Origin: Eledone cirrhosa
Taxonomy: Eukaryota
Direction: 5' to 3'
Assembly (NCBI GenBank): GCA_964016885.1
Contig: OZ024746.1
Location: forward strand, 29,388,001 to 29,452,000
Length of the DNA: 64,000 nucleotides
A program made the translations under genes and the position numbers. The notes below the pieces were generated by a model. The model had not been told where the DNA came from. It worked only from the letters and a program-made list of their open reading frames with translations, and did not search any database. Shown here piece by piece: positions 1-12,890 of this stretch; position 1 is the first letter of the stretch, and every line of letters begins with the position of its first letter.

Positions 1-376
1 GGCCACTACTTTATATCCATGTAGGAGAACCCCTACCGATGCGCTGAACGAGTGTGACTTTTTAGTCCAGCCAGCGACTTGAAAACTCTGGTACAAACAC
101 TACACTTGTGACAATTATTGACACATAGTGCTGGGCCCATGGTACCATGTGACGACCAGTGCAGAGAGATCTCCAGATATAAAGCAATGACTGTGCCGTG
201 AAGCTTTTATAGTGAGCAAAGGCACTGCACAAAGCCAGTCCCACTCTTTTAACCAAGATGATATTTACCAAAAAGAAGAACAAGTCAACATCATTGGATA
301 CCATCAGGGTTGCAGGTGTTATATCAGAGTTTTCCTTCTCCTAGAATTCTGCCTTGACAAAGGCTAAGGGGTCATC
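1..376 (-). mobile_element. Bipartite RTE-derived non-autonomous element, partial copy (runs off window start)
   Basis: Near-identical to 22079-22455 and to the reverse complement of 36800-37170. The minus strand encodes HKCSVCTRVFKSLAGLKSHTRSAHR*, a C2H2 finger like those ending RTE-clade ORFs. Confidence 0.7.
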
Positions 377-390
377 TATATATATATACA

Positions 391-424
<34 letters not shown>

Positions 425-1045
425 CATACATACATATGTGTGTGTGTGTGTTTTTTTGGGGGGGTGGGGGGTGTATGTGTGCGCGTTTATATATGCATAC
501 ATATGTGCGTGTGTGTTTATACATATATACATATGTATATATACATCTCTTGAAATACAACGCAATGTATTTTTTTTTTCTTTCTTAAGAGATTTTTCCC
601 AATTCATATCGAATATGTTTTACTTGGGGCAACATATCTCTACGATCTAACAATGTTTCAATATCTTTCTACGGTTATATTGAGCGTGAAAGTATTTGCA
701 GCGGTGGGATGCGATGGGGGAGGTTTGTAAATGTTAATCGATAATCATTGGACATTATTTGCAGACATATCATAACCGTTTGGTTAAGAAGCTTGCATCA
801 CATTCATTTAGTTGTGCGTTCGAAACCACAGATTGTCTAAAAGCTGATGGGAGTATTTAAATGTTTGTATGATCTCCTCTCGACCCTTATATTCTTTTAC
901 TCCTTTCTTCCTATCACTTCTGCGAGCCAATACAGTTCTAGCCACCGATTTCTATCCTTTAAAGTAAATTTTACCCGACACCCTCATTGTCAGCATTTTG
1001 CAGTTTTAACAGCTTCCTTGGGTTGAGTTTTTCCCATTATCCTAC

Positions 1046-1119
<74 letters not shown>

Positions 1120-1503
1120 TCGCACGCACACACACACACACACACACATTATATATATATATATATATACATATACATATCTGTGTGTGTGTGCATATAT
1201 ATATATGATTAATTCATAAGAAATCACTTGCAAATATATATGTGTATTTTTATATATACATATGAACACGCTTACATACACACGTGTTGGCACATTCACA
1301 TGTTTAATCTGATAAGTAACACTGATATCTGGAATATTGTCTGCTTCCAATATTGAATCTAAAGATGATAAGAATAAGACACAGGAAATAGAAAGCCGCC
1401 ACTACCACCACCCCCACTACCAATACCATATTCCCTCCTACTTCACCACCCACACTACCACCATTGAAACCACACACCCACCCTACAACTACACTCTCTT
1501 GCT

Positions 1504-3818
1504 TTGTTCATGCCAGTTCTCTGTGGTACAGGTGAGAGGGGCCCAGATGGTGGCTGAAACGACGAGTGGTCACCTATCTTATTGATGCTAGTTCTCTGTG
1601 ATACAGGTGAGAGGGGCTCAGATGGTGGCTGAAACGACGAGTGGTTACCTATCTTATTGATGCCAGTTCTCTGTGATACAGGTGAGAGGGGCCCAGATGG
1701 TGGCTGAAACGACGAGTGGTCACCTATCTTATTGATGCCAGTTCTCTGTGATACAGGTGAGAGGGACCCAGATGGTGGCTGAAACGACGAGTGGTCACCT
1801 ATCTTATTGATGCTAGTTCTCTGTGATACAGGTGAGAGGGACCCAGATGGTGGCTGAAACGACGAGTGGTCACCTATCTTATTGATGCTAGTTCTCTGTG
1901 ATACAGGTGAGAGGGGCCCAGATGGTGGCTGAAACGACGAGTGGTCACCTATCTTATTGATGCTAGTTCTCTGTGGTACAGGTGAGAGTGGCTCAGATGG
2001 TGGCTGAAGCGACGAGTGGTTACCTATCTTATTGATGCCAGTTCTCTGTGGTACAGGTGAGAGGGCTCAGATGGTGGCTGAAGCGACGAGTGGTTACCTA
2101 TCTTATTGATGCCAGTTCTCTGTGGTACAGGTGAGAGGGCTCAGATGGTGGCTGAAGCGACGAGTGGTCACCTATCTTATTGATGCCAGTTCTCTGTGAT
2201 ACAGGTGAGTGGGGCCCAGATGGTGGCTGAAGCGACGAGTGGTTACCTATCTTATTGATGCCAGTTCTCTGTGATACAGGTGAGAGGGGCCCAGATGGTG
2301 GCTGAAGCGACGAGTGGTTACCTATCTTATTGATGCCAGTTCTCTGTGGTACAGGTGAGAGGGGCCCAGATGGTGGCTGAAACGACGAGTGGTTACCTAT
2401 CTTATTGATGCCAGTTCTCTGTGATACAGGTGAGAGGGGCCCAGATGGTGGCTGAAGCGACGAGTGGTTACCTATCTTATTGATGCCAGTTCTCTGTGAT
2501 ACAGGTGAGAGGGGCCCAGATGGTGGCTGAAACGACGAGTGGTTACCTATCTTATTGATGCCAGTTCTCTGTGATACAGGTGAGAGGGGCCCAGATGGTG
2601 GCTGAAGCGACGAGTGGTTACCTATCTTATTGATGCTAGTTCTCTGTGATACAGGTGAGAGGGGCCCAGATGGTGGCTGAAACGACGAGTGGTTACCTAT
2701 CTTATTGATGCCAGTTCTCTGTGATACAGGTGAGAGGGGCCCAGATGGTGGCTGAAACGACGAGTGGTTACCTATCTTATTGATGCTAGTTCTCTGTGAT
2801 ACAGGTGAGAGGGGCCCAGATGGTGGCTGAAGCGACGAGTGGTCACCTATCTTATTGATGCTAGTTCTCTGTGATACAGGTGAGAGGGACCCAGATGGTG
2901 GCTGAAACGACGAGTGGTCACCTATCTTATTGATGCTAGTTCTCTGTGATACAGGTGAGAGGGACCCAGATGGTGGCTGAAACGACGAGTGGTCACCTAT
3001 CTTATTGATGCTAGTTCTCTGTGATACAGGTGAGAGGGGCCCAGATGGTGGCTGAAGCGACGAGTGGTTACCTATCTTATTGATGCTTGTTCTCTGTGGT
3101 ACAGGTGAGAGGGGCCCAGATGGTGGCTGAAACGACGAGTGGTCACCTATCTTATTGATGCTAGTTCTCTGTGGTACAGGTGAGAGGGGCCCAGATGGTG
3201 GCTGAAACGACGAGTGGTCACCTATCTTATTGATGCTAGTTCTCTGTGGTACAGGTGAGAGGGGCCCAGATGGTGGCTGAAACGACGAGTGGTCACCTAT
3301 CTTATTGATGCTTGTTCTCTGTGGTACAGGTGAGAGGGGCCCAGATGGTGGCTGAAGCGACGAGTGGTTACCTATCTTATTGATGCTTGTTCTCTGTGGT
3401 ACAGGTGAGAGGGGCCCAGATGGTGGCTGAAGCGACGAGTGGTTACCTATCTTATTGATGCTAGTTCTCTGTGGTACAGGTGAGAGTGGCTCCAAATTGT
3501 GGCTGAAGCTATGAGTGGTTACCTGCCGTTTTCATGACAGCTATCTGAAGTGCAGGTAAGAAGGGTCTAGATTGTAGCTGAAGTGATGAGTGGTTACCTG
3601 TCCTGTTCATACCAGTTTTCAGTGATACAGGTAAGAGGGGCGCAGATTGTGGCTGAAGCGATGAATGGTTTACCTGCTCTGTTCATGACAATTATCTGTA
3701 ATACAGGTGAGAGGGGGTCCATATTGTAGCTGAAGCAATGAGTGTTTACCTGTCTTGTTCATGCCAGTTCTCTAGGGTACATATGAGAATGGCCCCGATT
3801 GTGATTGAAGCAATGAGC
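1504..3818. repeat. 75-bp minisatellite, about 26 homogeneous units plus 4-5 diverged units at the right end
   Basis: Unit tgccagttctctgtgatacaggtgagaggggcccagatggtggctgaaacgacgagtggttacctatcttattga repeats at 75-nt spacing; copies decay after about 3480. Confidence 0.95.
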
Positions 3819-4461
3819 TAAGAGCCAGAGAAAAGGTCACAATATGTAACATCAACAGTGATTCTATTCTAAAGTATTAGATCTGTGTTTTACAGCTAAT
3901 ATTTAGTAATACTGTGAATTACTATAGTTATCCTCTAGCTCAACATTTATCTACTGAAGCAAGTTTTCTTGAGTAAAGTCTAGTCTGTTTTACAGGTGTA
4001 TGTAGAATGAAGTTTAATAAATATATACATACAGAGACATATATACATATATATGAATACACATGCATATGAACACACGCATATAAATATGTATTTATAT
4101 ATATATATGTGTTTATATATATATATGCATATATATATGTGTGTATATTGTATATATATATATATGTGTGTGTGTGTGTATAAAGAGAGAGAGGAGAAGT
4201 TAAAACATGATTGTGATGTCTAGTGGTTTCAGCTGGTATTTGGCAAGCCTTGTCAGTACACAATTGAAACGATGAATACAAGTCGATGTTAACTGTTTAC
4301 CTTCCTCTTAACCCACTCTGCTTCTACACATTCATAGAATACTCCCATGATTTTTTTATATATATCCGTCCTATGAAACACGTGTCCGTGCGTATGGTTT
4401 GGTAATTTGTTGTGGAACTAACTCTATACCAAGCGCCCATCTATATATATATATTTATATA

Positions 4462-4561
4462 CAGAGTGTCCCCCAAAAATGTATACACACTTTAATAACA
4501 TTCTAATACATATTACCTACATAGGTAATCAAATTGTGTATACATATTTTGGGACACCCTG
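4462..4561. mobile_element. About 100-bp Tc1/mariner-type MITE
   Basis: Terminal inverted repeats cagagtgtcccccaaaaatgtatacaca / tgtgtatacatattttgggacaccctg, preceded by TA. Second copy at 7101-7191. Confidence 0.65.
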
Positions 4562-4574
4562 TTTATATATATAT

Positions 4575-4778
4575 AAGTAGTAACGCAACAGTTAATTCAT
4601 GATACCTTGAACAATTGTTTCGCCTTAGCGGAACTTCAGCTCAGTCTGAGCTGAAGTTTCACTAAGGTGAAATAATTGTTCAAGGTATGGTGAACTAACT
4701 GTTGTGTTACTACTTCTACCAAGCGCGTCCCATGGACTGAGTGCTCTACCTCTACGGATATTACCTTCCAGTGTTCTA

Positions 4779-4780
<2 letters not shown>
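4575..4780 (+). mobile_element. Fold-back element with degenerate hammerhead motifs (family B)
   Basis: Inverted arms 4575-4641 / 4645-4715 plus a unique tail ending at (TA)n. Homologous to 35374-35587. Confidence 0.7.
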
Positions 4781-4842
<62 letters not shown>

Positions 4843-4968
4843 AAAGTTCTATTTAAATTGTTGGGATGCAGCAAGCAAATATTTTTATAACTGATATAAT
4901 GCACTCAACAAATAATTGGAGTAAAAATACGATATTAACAAATGGAAACTATATTTATAAACCATATT

Positions 4969-5033
4969 TATTTCATTATACATATTTCAAGGACACCAAG
5001 TTAAATTATGGTGTGCTTTCATCAGATAAAATA
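4969..5033 (-). ncRNA. Minimal type I hammerhead ribozyme motif
   Basis: Reverse-complement copy of the 5198-5263 motif, with canonical CUGAUGA/GAAA/AUA core. Confidence 0.75.
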
Positions 5034-5197
5034 TAATATAGAGCAGTTTTATAGATAAATATTGACATACCCTTAAAGAATGCAACCATTACTGTTGGAA
5101 GCTCCCGGGAGCTTCCAACAGTAATGGTTGCATTCTTTGCATTCTTTGCATTCTTTAAGGGTATGTCAATATTTATCTATAAAACTGCTCTATATTA

Positions 5198-5263
5198 TAT
5201 TTTATCTGATGAAAGCACACCATAATTTTAACTTGGTGTCCTTGAAATATGTATAATGAAATA
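5198..5263 (+). ncRNA. Minimal type I hammerhead ribozyme motif
   Basis: tattttat-CTGATGA-aagcacacc[loop]ggtgtcctt-GAAA-tatgta-TA^atgaaata. Stem I 8 bp with one G-U, stem II 9 bp with one mismatch, quasi-palindromic short stem III. Confidence 0.8.
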
Positions 5264-5303
5264 AATATGATTTTCTAAATATAGTTTCCATTTGTTAATA
5301 TCG

Positions 5304-5336
<33 letters not shown>

Positions 5337-5366
5337 ATATTACATTTTATTATATATAATATATAT

Positions 5367-5555
5367 AATTGTTTCTACTTTTGGCACAAGGCCAGCAATA
5401 ACCCAGTAGATTACTGGTACTTTATTTTATCGACCCCGTAAGGATGAAAGGCAAAGTTAACCTCGGCGGGATTTGAACTCAGAATGGCAAGGGCCGTAAC
5501 TCTATACGTCAAAGCATGGCGTCCGACCCTCTACCGATACTGCCAATTCACCGCC
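5367..5555 (-). mobile_element. tRNA-derived SINE with Deu/Nin-like central domain
   Basis: A-box-like tggcagtatcgg and B-box-like gagttcaaatcc, core gcctttcatccttacggggtcgataaaataaagtacc; more than 10 copies in the window. Confidence 0.85.
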
Positions 5556-6272
5556 CTGTATAATATATATAATATATAATATATATAATATATAATAAAA
5601 TGTACTTTGCTTGAAGCATTGTATATAATATATAATGTGTAACAGGGTTAAAAAATGCAAAATGGATGGTAAGATGATAGTAACAAAATAGTTAGTTACC
5701 TGGTAATCTTTGTTTTTTGGGGGTGGGGGTGGGGGGTGGGGTGTCATTCATCCTAATATTTCGGGTCAATTCCCTTCTTCAGATTTAAAGAAACTCTCAG
5801 AGAAAAATGATCCGGTTTCTTCACTTTGAAATTAGATTTATATTTAAATCTTATAAACTGCCTTCATATGTTGACATACATATATATATATATGCAGTGC
5901 TAGATCTTTGTATTACAGTATTGTATATGACAAACAATAGATAAATAACAAGAACAGACATTTCAAAGTAATGCTAGTTATTTGATATGAGGTAGAGGGT
6001 GGTGCGGAGTGTGGTTGAAAAACATGTTGAGAAGGTAGCAGGGGGAGGAAGATGAAAAATATATATAATAAAAACAATATAAAAAAAAGAAAATGTATTT
6101 ATTAGCTTGTGGAATTTCCCACCACTCTCTCTCTTTTTTTTCTCTATTTCATTGAGGTTAGTATACACAACATTATTATGTATTGTACAACACTGACAGA
6201 AGATTGATGTACTAAATATACAAACATCAAATGTATCACCAAACATTCACATGTATATATATATATATATAA

Positions 6273-6303
<31 letters not shown>

Positions 6304-6330
6304 AATATATATATATATGTATATATATAT

Positions 6331-6656
6331 ATTTCGTTTCTGAATTTGTTTAGCAAGATTCTTTATCTGAAAACGTGTGTTGAAACCGATATTGTTATAC
6401 TTTGGGAGGGTCATGTTGCCAATAAGAAACACACGCACCAGTTGCTTTCACTTCAATTTATTATAATAAATTTATAAATTTAGGAATTTATAAATTTATA
6501 AATTTCCGGTTGGTTGGTTGGTTCCACAACCAGATGGTTGTTTATATATTGTCAAAGTTCTTTCGTCACACATTTTGTGACCTCTTTTTTTGTGCCTCTC
6601 CTTTGTTCTGTCCTACGCTATCTTGTTTCAGAAACAAGATGATCCTCCCAAAGTAT

Positions 6657-6662
<6 letters not shown>
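6331..6662 (-). mobile_element. Fold-back element (family C), right arm largely deleted
   Basis: Shares a 58-bp tail and terminal inverted ends (atattgttatac...gtataacaatat) with 13941-14349; flanked by (TA)n. Confidence 0.75.
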
Positions 6663-6737
<75 letters not shown>

Positions 6738-6764
6738 CATATATTCTTTTCATTATGGCTAAAT

Positions 6765-6954
6765 AATTGTTTCTACTTTTTAGCACAAGGCCAACAATCA
6801 CCCAGTGCATTACTGGTACTTTATTTTATCGACCCCGTAAGGATGAAAGGCAAAGTTAACCCTGGCGGGATTTGAACTCAGAATGGCAAGGGCCGAAACT
6901 CTATGCGTCAAAGCATGGCGTCCGACCCTCTACCGATACTGTCAATCCACCGCC
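6765..6954 (-). mobile_element. tRNA-derived SINE (Deu/Nin-like core)
   Basis: Same family as 5367-5555. Confidence 0.85.
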
Positions 6955-7100
6955 ATGATGGCTAAATAATGAGTGTTGTTAGTTTGGAGTATTGCCTGCT
7001 TATCACAGCCGTCAACCTCATGCAGGTACACACACAAACACGCACACACACATATATATACATATATATACATATACATAGACACACACACACATATATA

Positions 7101-7191
7101 CACAGTGTTCCAAAACAATGCATACACGATTTTAATAAATATTGCCTGTACAGGTAATCAAAGTGTGTATACATTTTTGGGGGCCACCCTA
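7101..7191. mobile_element. Tc1/mariner-type MITE, second copy
   Basis: Homologous to 4462-4561; TA flanks. Confidence 0.6.
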
Positions 7192-7293
7192 TATATATAT
7201 ACGTATATATATATACACACATTAAGTTAGACATGGCTTGGGACAATACTGGCTGGAACCTATCAAAGTTATTAAAGTTATATATATATATGT

Positions 7294-7438
7294 GGAGGCA
7301 CATGGCTTAGTGGTTAGAGCATTGACCTTGCAATCGAAAGGTTGTGAGTTCAATTCTCAGACCGGCTGATGTGTTGTTTCCTTGAGCAAGACACTTTATT
7401 TCACGTTGCTCCAGTTTACTCAGCTGTAGAAATGAGAT
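7294..7438 (+). mobile_element. tRNA-derived SINE, second family
   Basis: A box tggcttagtgg, B box gagttcaattc, body ccttgagcaagacactttatttcacgttgctcc. Relatives at 51180-51300 and 60218-60330. Confidence 0.8.
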
Positions 7439-9143
7439 GATAGGGACTGGGATCCCTATCATTCCACTGTAAAGCACCCAGCACTCACTGTAAATGAGGT
7501 TGGTGTTAGGAAGGGCATCCAGCTGTAGAAATCAAGCCAGAATCAGTTCCCGTCCCACCCTTGCAAGCAGGGAAAGTGGTCGTAAAATGAAATGAAATGA
7601 TGATATATATGCATAAATATATATATATGCATGTTTGTGTGTGTGTATCACACTAAATTTAAAATAATCATTTCCCAGTCATTTGTCTTAAAAACAATAT
7701 AACTGCTATAAATGCTATATCTATAATAGAATCTGTATTCCATTTCCTTCCATAGTTTATTATAGCCAATTATTTTACCAATAATAGAAATGGTATGTCT
7801 ATAATAGACTGTCTATTCCATGTTAGAGCTAAGTGTTACATACATACATCATTGCAGAATAAAACAGGCATGTGGACTAGTGGTAAGCCTGTTGGGCTGA
7901 CTATGATATAGTTGTAGGTTTGATATGTTGACTAGAGATTAACATGTATTTGTCCAATGCTCTACCTATTCTACAAATTCATAATATTTAGCCTGATACT
8001 AACAATAATGCAATAACTAGCAGTAGAACTAATACAGAATAGAGGCATATATGCAAGTATATAAACATACACAAGTCTCGATGTGGGTATTTTAAATCTC
8101 AGCAACTATGTGAGAAGACCATATAAGGTACCATAGTATTTCAGGAGCATTATACCTTCACCAGTGACACTTTCTCACTTGGTACTTTATATAAAATTTA
8201 GCAAAAAATACATTATTAATTAGCAGTATCACTAGCACAGAGTAATTCTGGATAAAGGGGTGTATGGAAATATATACTGTAATGATAATTAGTGTTTAAA
8301 TGAAGAAACCAAGTAGTAATTAGTATGTACTTTGAATTTTATTGGAGACACGAAACTAGCTGAACAACCAAAAAGCCAGATGGAATGGGAGATCACATGA
8401 TTATAGGAATGAAGGATTAAAATTATTGAAAGATTGAGGTCCCGAAGAGTAGAAAAATATTATGGTTATTTTATTGTAAGAATGAAAGAATGAGACCCTG
8501 AAGAGTAGAAAAAGTATATGATTATTTTATTATAGGAATGAAGGAATGAGGTCTTAAAGGAATGAAGAGAATGATAGAATGAAAGGAATGAGGTCCTGGA
8601 AGATGGTGTATGTATTTGATTATCTAATTAAGAGAATTGTTGTCAAATAGTATTTTCGTGATTACTAAGAAATTTAGAAAGCAAACACACATACATATAC
8701 ACACATACATAACATACATACACACAAAAATAATACACATACACTCAGAGAAATACGTATAAAAACAGAGAAATACATATATACACAGAGAAATACATAT
8801 ACACACAGAGAAATACACATACATCCACACACGTACACAAACATACACAAAAAACAGACATACACACACATACACAAACAAAAGAAGATGGCACATGTGA
8901 AGGGAAAACAACATTTTCAAAAAGATTCTAAGTACAAAAACTCACACAGACATAACCACATATATAAATATATGTACATATAAGCACTCAACCACATATA
9001 CATTTATACGTACATATAAGCACACACACAGACACAATCACATATACACATATATGCATGTATGCACACACACACACAGGCACAACTGCATATATAAATA
9101 TACATACATATATGTACACACACAGACGCAACCACATATACAC

Positions 9144-9186
<43 letters not shown>

Positions 9187-9203
9187 CACACAAACTTATG
9201 CAC

Positions 9204-9240
9204 AGAAGAAGAAGAAGAAGAAGAAGAAGAAGAAGAAGAA

Positions 9241-9287
<47 letters not shown>

Positions 9288-9295
9288 AGAAGAAA
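9204..9295. repeat. (GAA)n microsatellite
   Basis: Direct reading. Confidence 0.95.
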
Positions 9296-9414
9296 GAGGA
9301 TGATTTGGGGGGAGAAGAAGCGTGTAAAACCCCCACCATACAACAGTCTGAGACACTAACAAACATTTGCTTCATTAGCAGATATTGGAACAACTTGCTT
9401 GTTGACAGGATAGC

Positions 9415-9419
<5 letters not shown>

Positions 9420-9458
<39 letters not shown>

Positions 9459-11651
9459 GTAGTAGTAGTAGTAGTAGTAGTTGTTGTAGTTGTTGTAGTG
9501 ATAGTGGTTGTAGTTGTAGTAGTTGTGGTAGTGGTAGTGACATATTGTTGTAGTGGTAGTGATAGTGGTTGTAGTTGTAGTAGTAGTAGTAGTGGTAGTG
9601 ACATATTGTTGTAGTGGTAGTGATAGTGGTTGTAGTTGTAGTAGTTGTTGTAGTGGTAGTGACATATTGTTGTAGTGGTAGTGATAGTGGTTGTAGTTGT
9701 AGTAGTAGTAGTAGTTATTGTTGTAGTGGTAGTGATAGTGGTTGTAGTTGTAGTAGTAGTAGTAGTTATTGTTGTAGTGATAGTGATAGTGGTTGTAGTT
9801 GTAGTAGTAGTAGTAGTAGTTATTGTTGTAGTGGTAGTGATAGTGGTTGTAGTTGTAGTAGTAGTAGTAGTTATTGTTGTAGTGGTAGTGATAGTAGTTG
9901 TAGTTGTAGTAGTAGTAGTAGTAGTTATTGTTGTAGTGGTAGTGATAGTGGTTGTAGCTGTAGTAGTAGTAGTAGTTATTGTTGTAGTGGTAGTGATAGT
10001 GGTTGTAGTTGTAGTAGTAGTAGTAGTTATTGTTGTAGTGGTAGTGATAGTAGTTGTAGTTGTAGTAGTAGTAGTAGTAGTTATTGTTGTAGTGGTAGTG
10101 ATAGTGGTTGTAGCTGTAGTAGTAGTAGTAGTTATTGTTGTAGTGGTAGTGATAGTGGTTGTAGTTGTAGTAGTAGTAGTAGTAGTTATTGTTGTAGTGG
10201 TACTGATAGTGATAGTAGTTGTAGTAGTAGTAGTAGTTATTGTTGTAGTGGTAGTGATAGTGGTTGTAGTTGTAGTAGTAGTAGTAGTAGTAGTTATTGT
10301 TGTAGTGGTAGTGATAGTAGTTTTAGTAGTAGTAGTAGTTATTGTTGTAGTGGTAGTGATAGTGGTTGTAGTTGTAGTAGTAGTAGTAGTTATTGTTGTA
10401 GTGGTAGTGATAGTGGTTGTAGCTGTAGTAGTAGTAGTAGTTATTGTTGTAGTGGCACTGATAGTGATAGTAGTTGTAGTAGTAGTAGTAGTTATTGTTG
10501 TAGTGGTAGTGATAGTGGTTGTAGTTGTAGTAGTAGTAGTAGTAGTAGTTATTGTTGTAGTGGTAGTGATAGTAGTTTTAGTAGTAGTAGTAGTTATTGT
10601 TGTAGTGGTAGTGATAGTGGTTGTAGTTGTAGTAGTAGTAGTAGTAGTAGTTATTGTTGTAGTGGCAGTGATAGTAGTTGTAGTTGTAGTAGTAGTAGTA
10701 GTTATTGTTGTAGTGGTAGTGATAGTGGTTGTAGTTGTAGTTGTAGTAGTAGTTATTGTTGTAGTGGTAGTGATAGTGGTTGTAGTTGTAGTAGTAGTAG
10801 TTATTGTTGTAGTGGTAGTAAGAGTGGTTGTAGTTGTAGTAGTAGTAGTAGTAGTAGTAGTTATTGTTGTAGTGGCAGTGATAGTGGTTGTAGTTGTAGT
10901 AGTAGTAGTAGTTATTGTTGTTGTGGTAGTGAGAGTGGTTGTAGTTGTAGTAGTAGTAGTAGTAGTAGTTATTGTTGTAGTGGCAGTGATAGTGGTTGTA
11001 GTTGTAGTAGTAGTAGTAGTTATTGTTGTAGTGGTAGTGATAGTGGTTGTAGCTGTAGTAGTAGTAGTTATTGTTGTAGTGGTAGTGGTAGTGGTTGTAG
11101 TTGTAGTAGTAGTAGTAGTTATTGTTGTAGTGGTAGTGATAGTGGTTGTAGTTGTAGTAGTAGTAGTAGTTATTGTTGTTGTGGTAGTTGTAGTAGTAGT
11201 AGTAGTTATTGTTGTAGTGGTAGTGATAGTGGTTGTAGTAGTAGTAGTAGTAGTAGTTATTGTTGTAGTGGTAGTGATAGTGGTTGTAGTTGTAGTAGTA
11301 GTAGTAGTAGTTATTGTTGTAGTGGTAGTGATAGTAGTTGTAGTAGTAGTAGTAGTAGTTATTGTTGTAGTGGTAGTGAGAGTGGTTGTAGTTGTAGTGG
11401 TAGTGAGAGTGGTTGTAGTTGTAGTAGTAGTAGTAGTTATTGTTGTAGTGGTAGTGATAGTGGTTGTAGTTGTAGTTGTAGTAGTAGTTATTGTTGTAGT
11501 GGCAGTGATAATGGTTGTCGTAGTAGTAGTAGTAGTACCAGTAGTTGTTGTGATGGAAGTGATAGTGGTAGTAGTAATAGTAGTTGTTGTTGTGGTGATA
11601 GTGATAGTGCTTGTAGTAGTAGTAGCAGCAGCAGTAGTAGTCGTAGTAGTC

Positions 11652-11691
<40 letters not shown>

Positions 11692-11718
11692 CAGCAGCAG
11701 TAGTAGTAGTAGTAGTAT

Positions 11719-11751
<33 letters not shown>

Positions 11752-11968
11752 CAGTAGTAGTAGTAGCAGTAGTAGTAGTAGTAGTAGTAATAGCAGCAGC
11801 AGCAGTAGTAGCAGTAGCAGTAGCAGTAGTAGTAGTAGCACTAGTAGTAGTAGTAGCAGCAGCAGCAGTAGTAGCAGTAGTAGTAGTAGCAGTAACAGTA
11901 GTAGTAGTAGTAGTAGTAGTAGCAGTAGTAGTAGTAGTAGTAGTAGTAGCAGCAGCAGCAGTAGTAGC

Positions 11969-12003
<35 letters not shown>

Positions 12004-12094
12004 CAGTAGTAGTAGTAGTAGCAGTAGTAGTAATAGTTGTAGTAGTAGTAGTAGTAGTAGTAACAGCAGCAACAGCAGCAGCAGTAGTAGTAGC

Positions 12095-12126
<32 letters not shown>

Positions 12127-12160
12127 CAGCAGCAGCAGTAGTAGCAGTAGTAGTAGTAGC

Positions 12161-12201
<41 letters not shown>

Positions 12202-12215
12202 CAGTAGTAGTAGTT
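9420..12215. repeat. Triplet-based satellite: about 48-57-nt higher-order units (9480-11510) grading into (TAG/CAG)n
   Basis: Recurring ttgttgtagtggtagtgatagtggttgtagttg(tag)n-tta unit; explains the poly-T/S/V/L ORFs. Confidence 0.95.
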
Positions 12216-12289
12216 GTGATGGTGTCATCTGTAGCATGCCAATGCAAACATCAATATCATCGCTATTATCAATAACAACCACATCACAA

Positions 12290-12320
12290 CCATCATCATC
12301 ATCATCATCATCATTATCAC

Positions 12321-12355
<35 letters not shown>

Positions 12356-12426
12356 CCACGGACATCATCATTATCATTATCATCATCACTATTGACATTA
12401 GCATCATCACCATCCATATTATCTCT

Positions 12427-12458
<32 letters not shown>

Positions 12459-12580
12459 TATCACCATCATCTATAGCATCATCATCATTCATATCTGCAT
12501 GATCTCCATCATCATCATTATCCACATCTGCATCACCATCAATACTATTACAATCATCATCATCAATATCATCTTCACCA
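12290..12580. repeat. (CAT)n-rich low-complexity tract
   Basis: Direct reading. Confidence 0.9.
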
Positions 12581-12890
12581 TCTTTCTTGTTTTAATCATT
12601 ATCTATTGTAACCCATTAATGGATCTCTGTTAATATCAACAATCAGTATTTCAGTTGTTCAGTCAACTCAATTGTTACCTCCTCATTGAATTAGATTATA
12701 AGTGGCTGAGTATTCCACAGAAACATATGTTGCCTTAACGTAATTCCCATATCAGCTGAATCAACATTACATAAATAACATATGACAGGGCTGGACCAAT
12801 GTATTACAGGTACAATCCATTGTGTACTCTAACGTAGGTGGTTGAGTATTCCGCAGTCACTTAACGCTTTAACATTCCCATTACTCTATA

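Larger units (their letters stand above)
4840..5305 (-). mobile_element. Fold-back Penelope-like mini-element (family A) in (TA)n
   Basis: Unique tail 4840-4927, then a palindrome centred on cccggg (5104-5109). One hammerhead motif per arm; (TA)n on both sides. Confidence 0.8.

Noticed and set aside
2098-3495. 465-aa ORF of 25-aa repeats as a real protein
   Set aside because: It lies wholly within a 75-bp minisatellite, 1-nt deletions in two units break the frame, and upstream diverged units have stops in all minus frames checked.
5748-5790. Minus-strand CTGAAGA-aggg...ccc-GAAA-tatt motif
   Set aside because: No stem I pairing, and not in a fold-back or TA context.
7294-7365. tRNA genes at SINE heads (also 51180)
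   Set aside because: A/B boxes run directly into SINE bodies, with no intact cloverleaf.
9356-12525. Mucin-like poly-Thr and poly-Ser/Val/Leu ORFs
   Set aside because: A triplet satellite is open in several frames on both strands; no unique domain or signal peptide.
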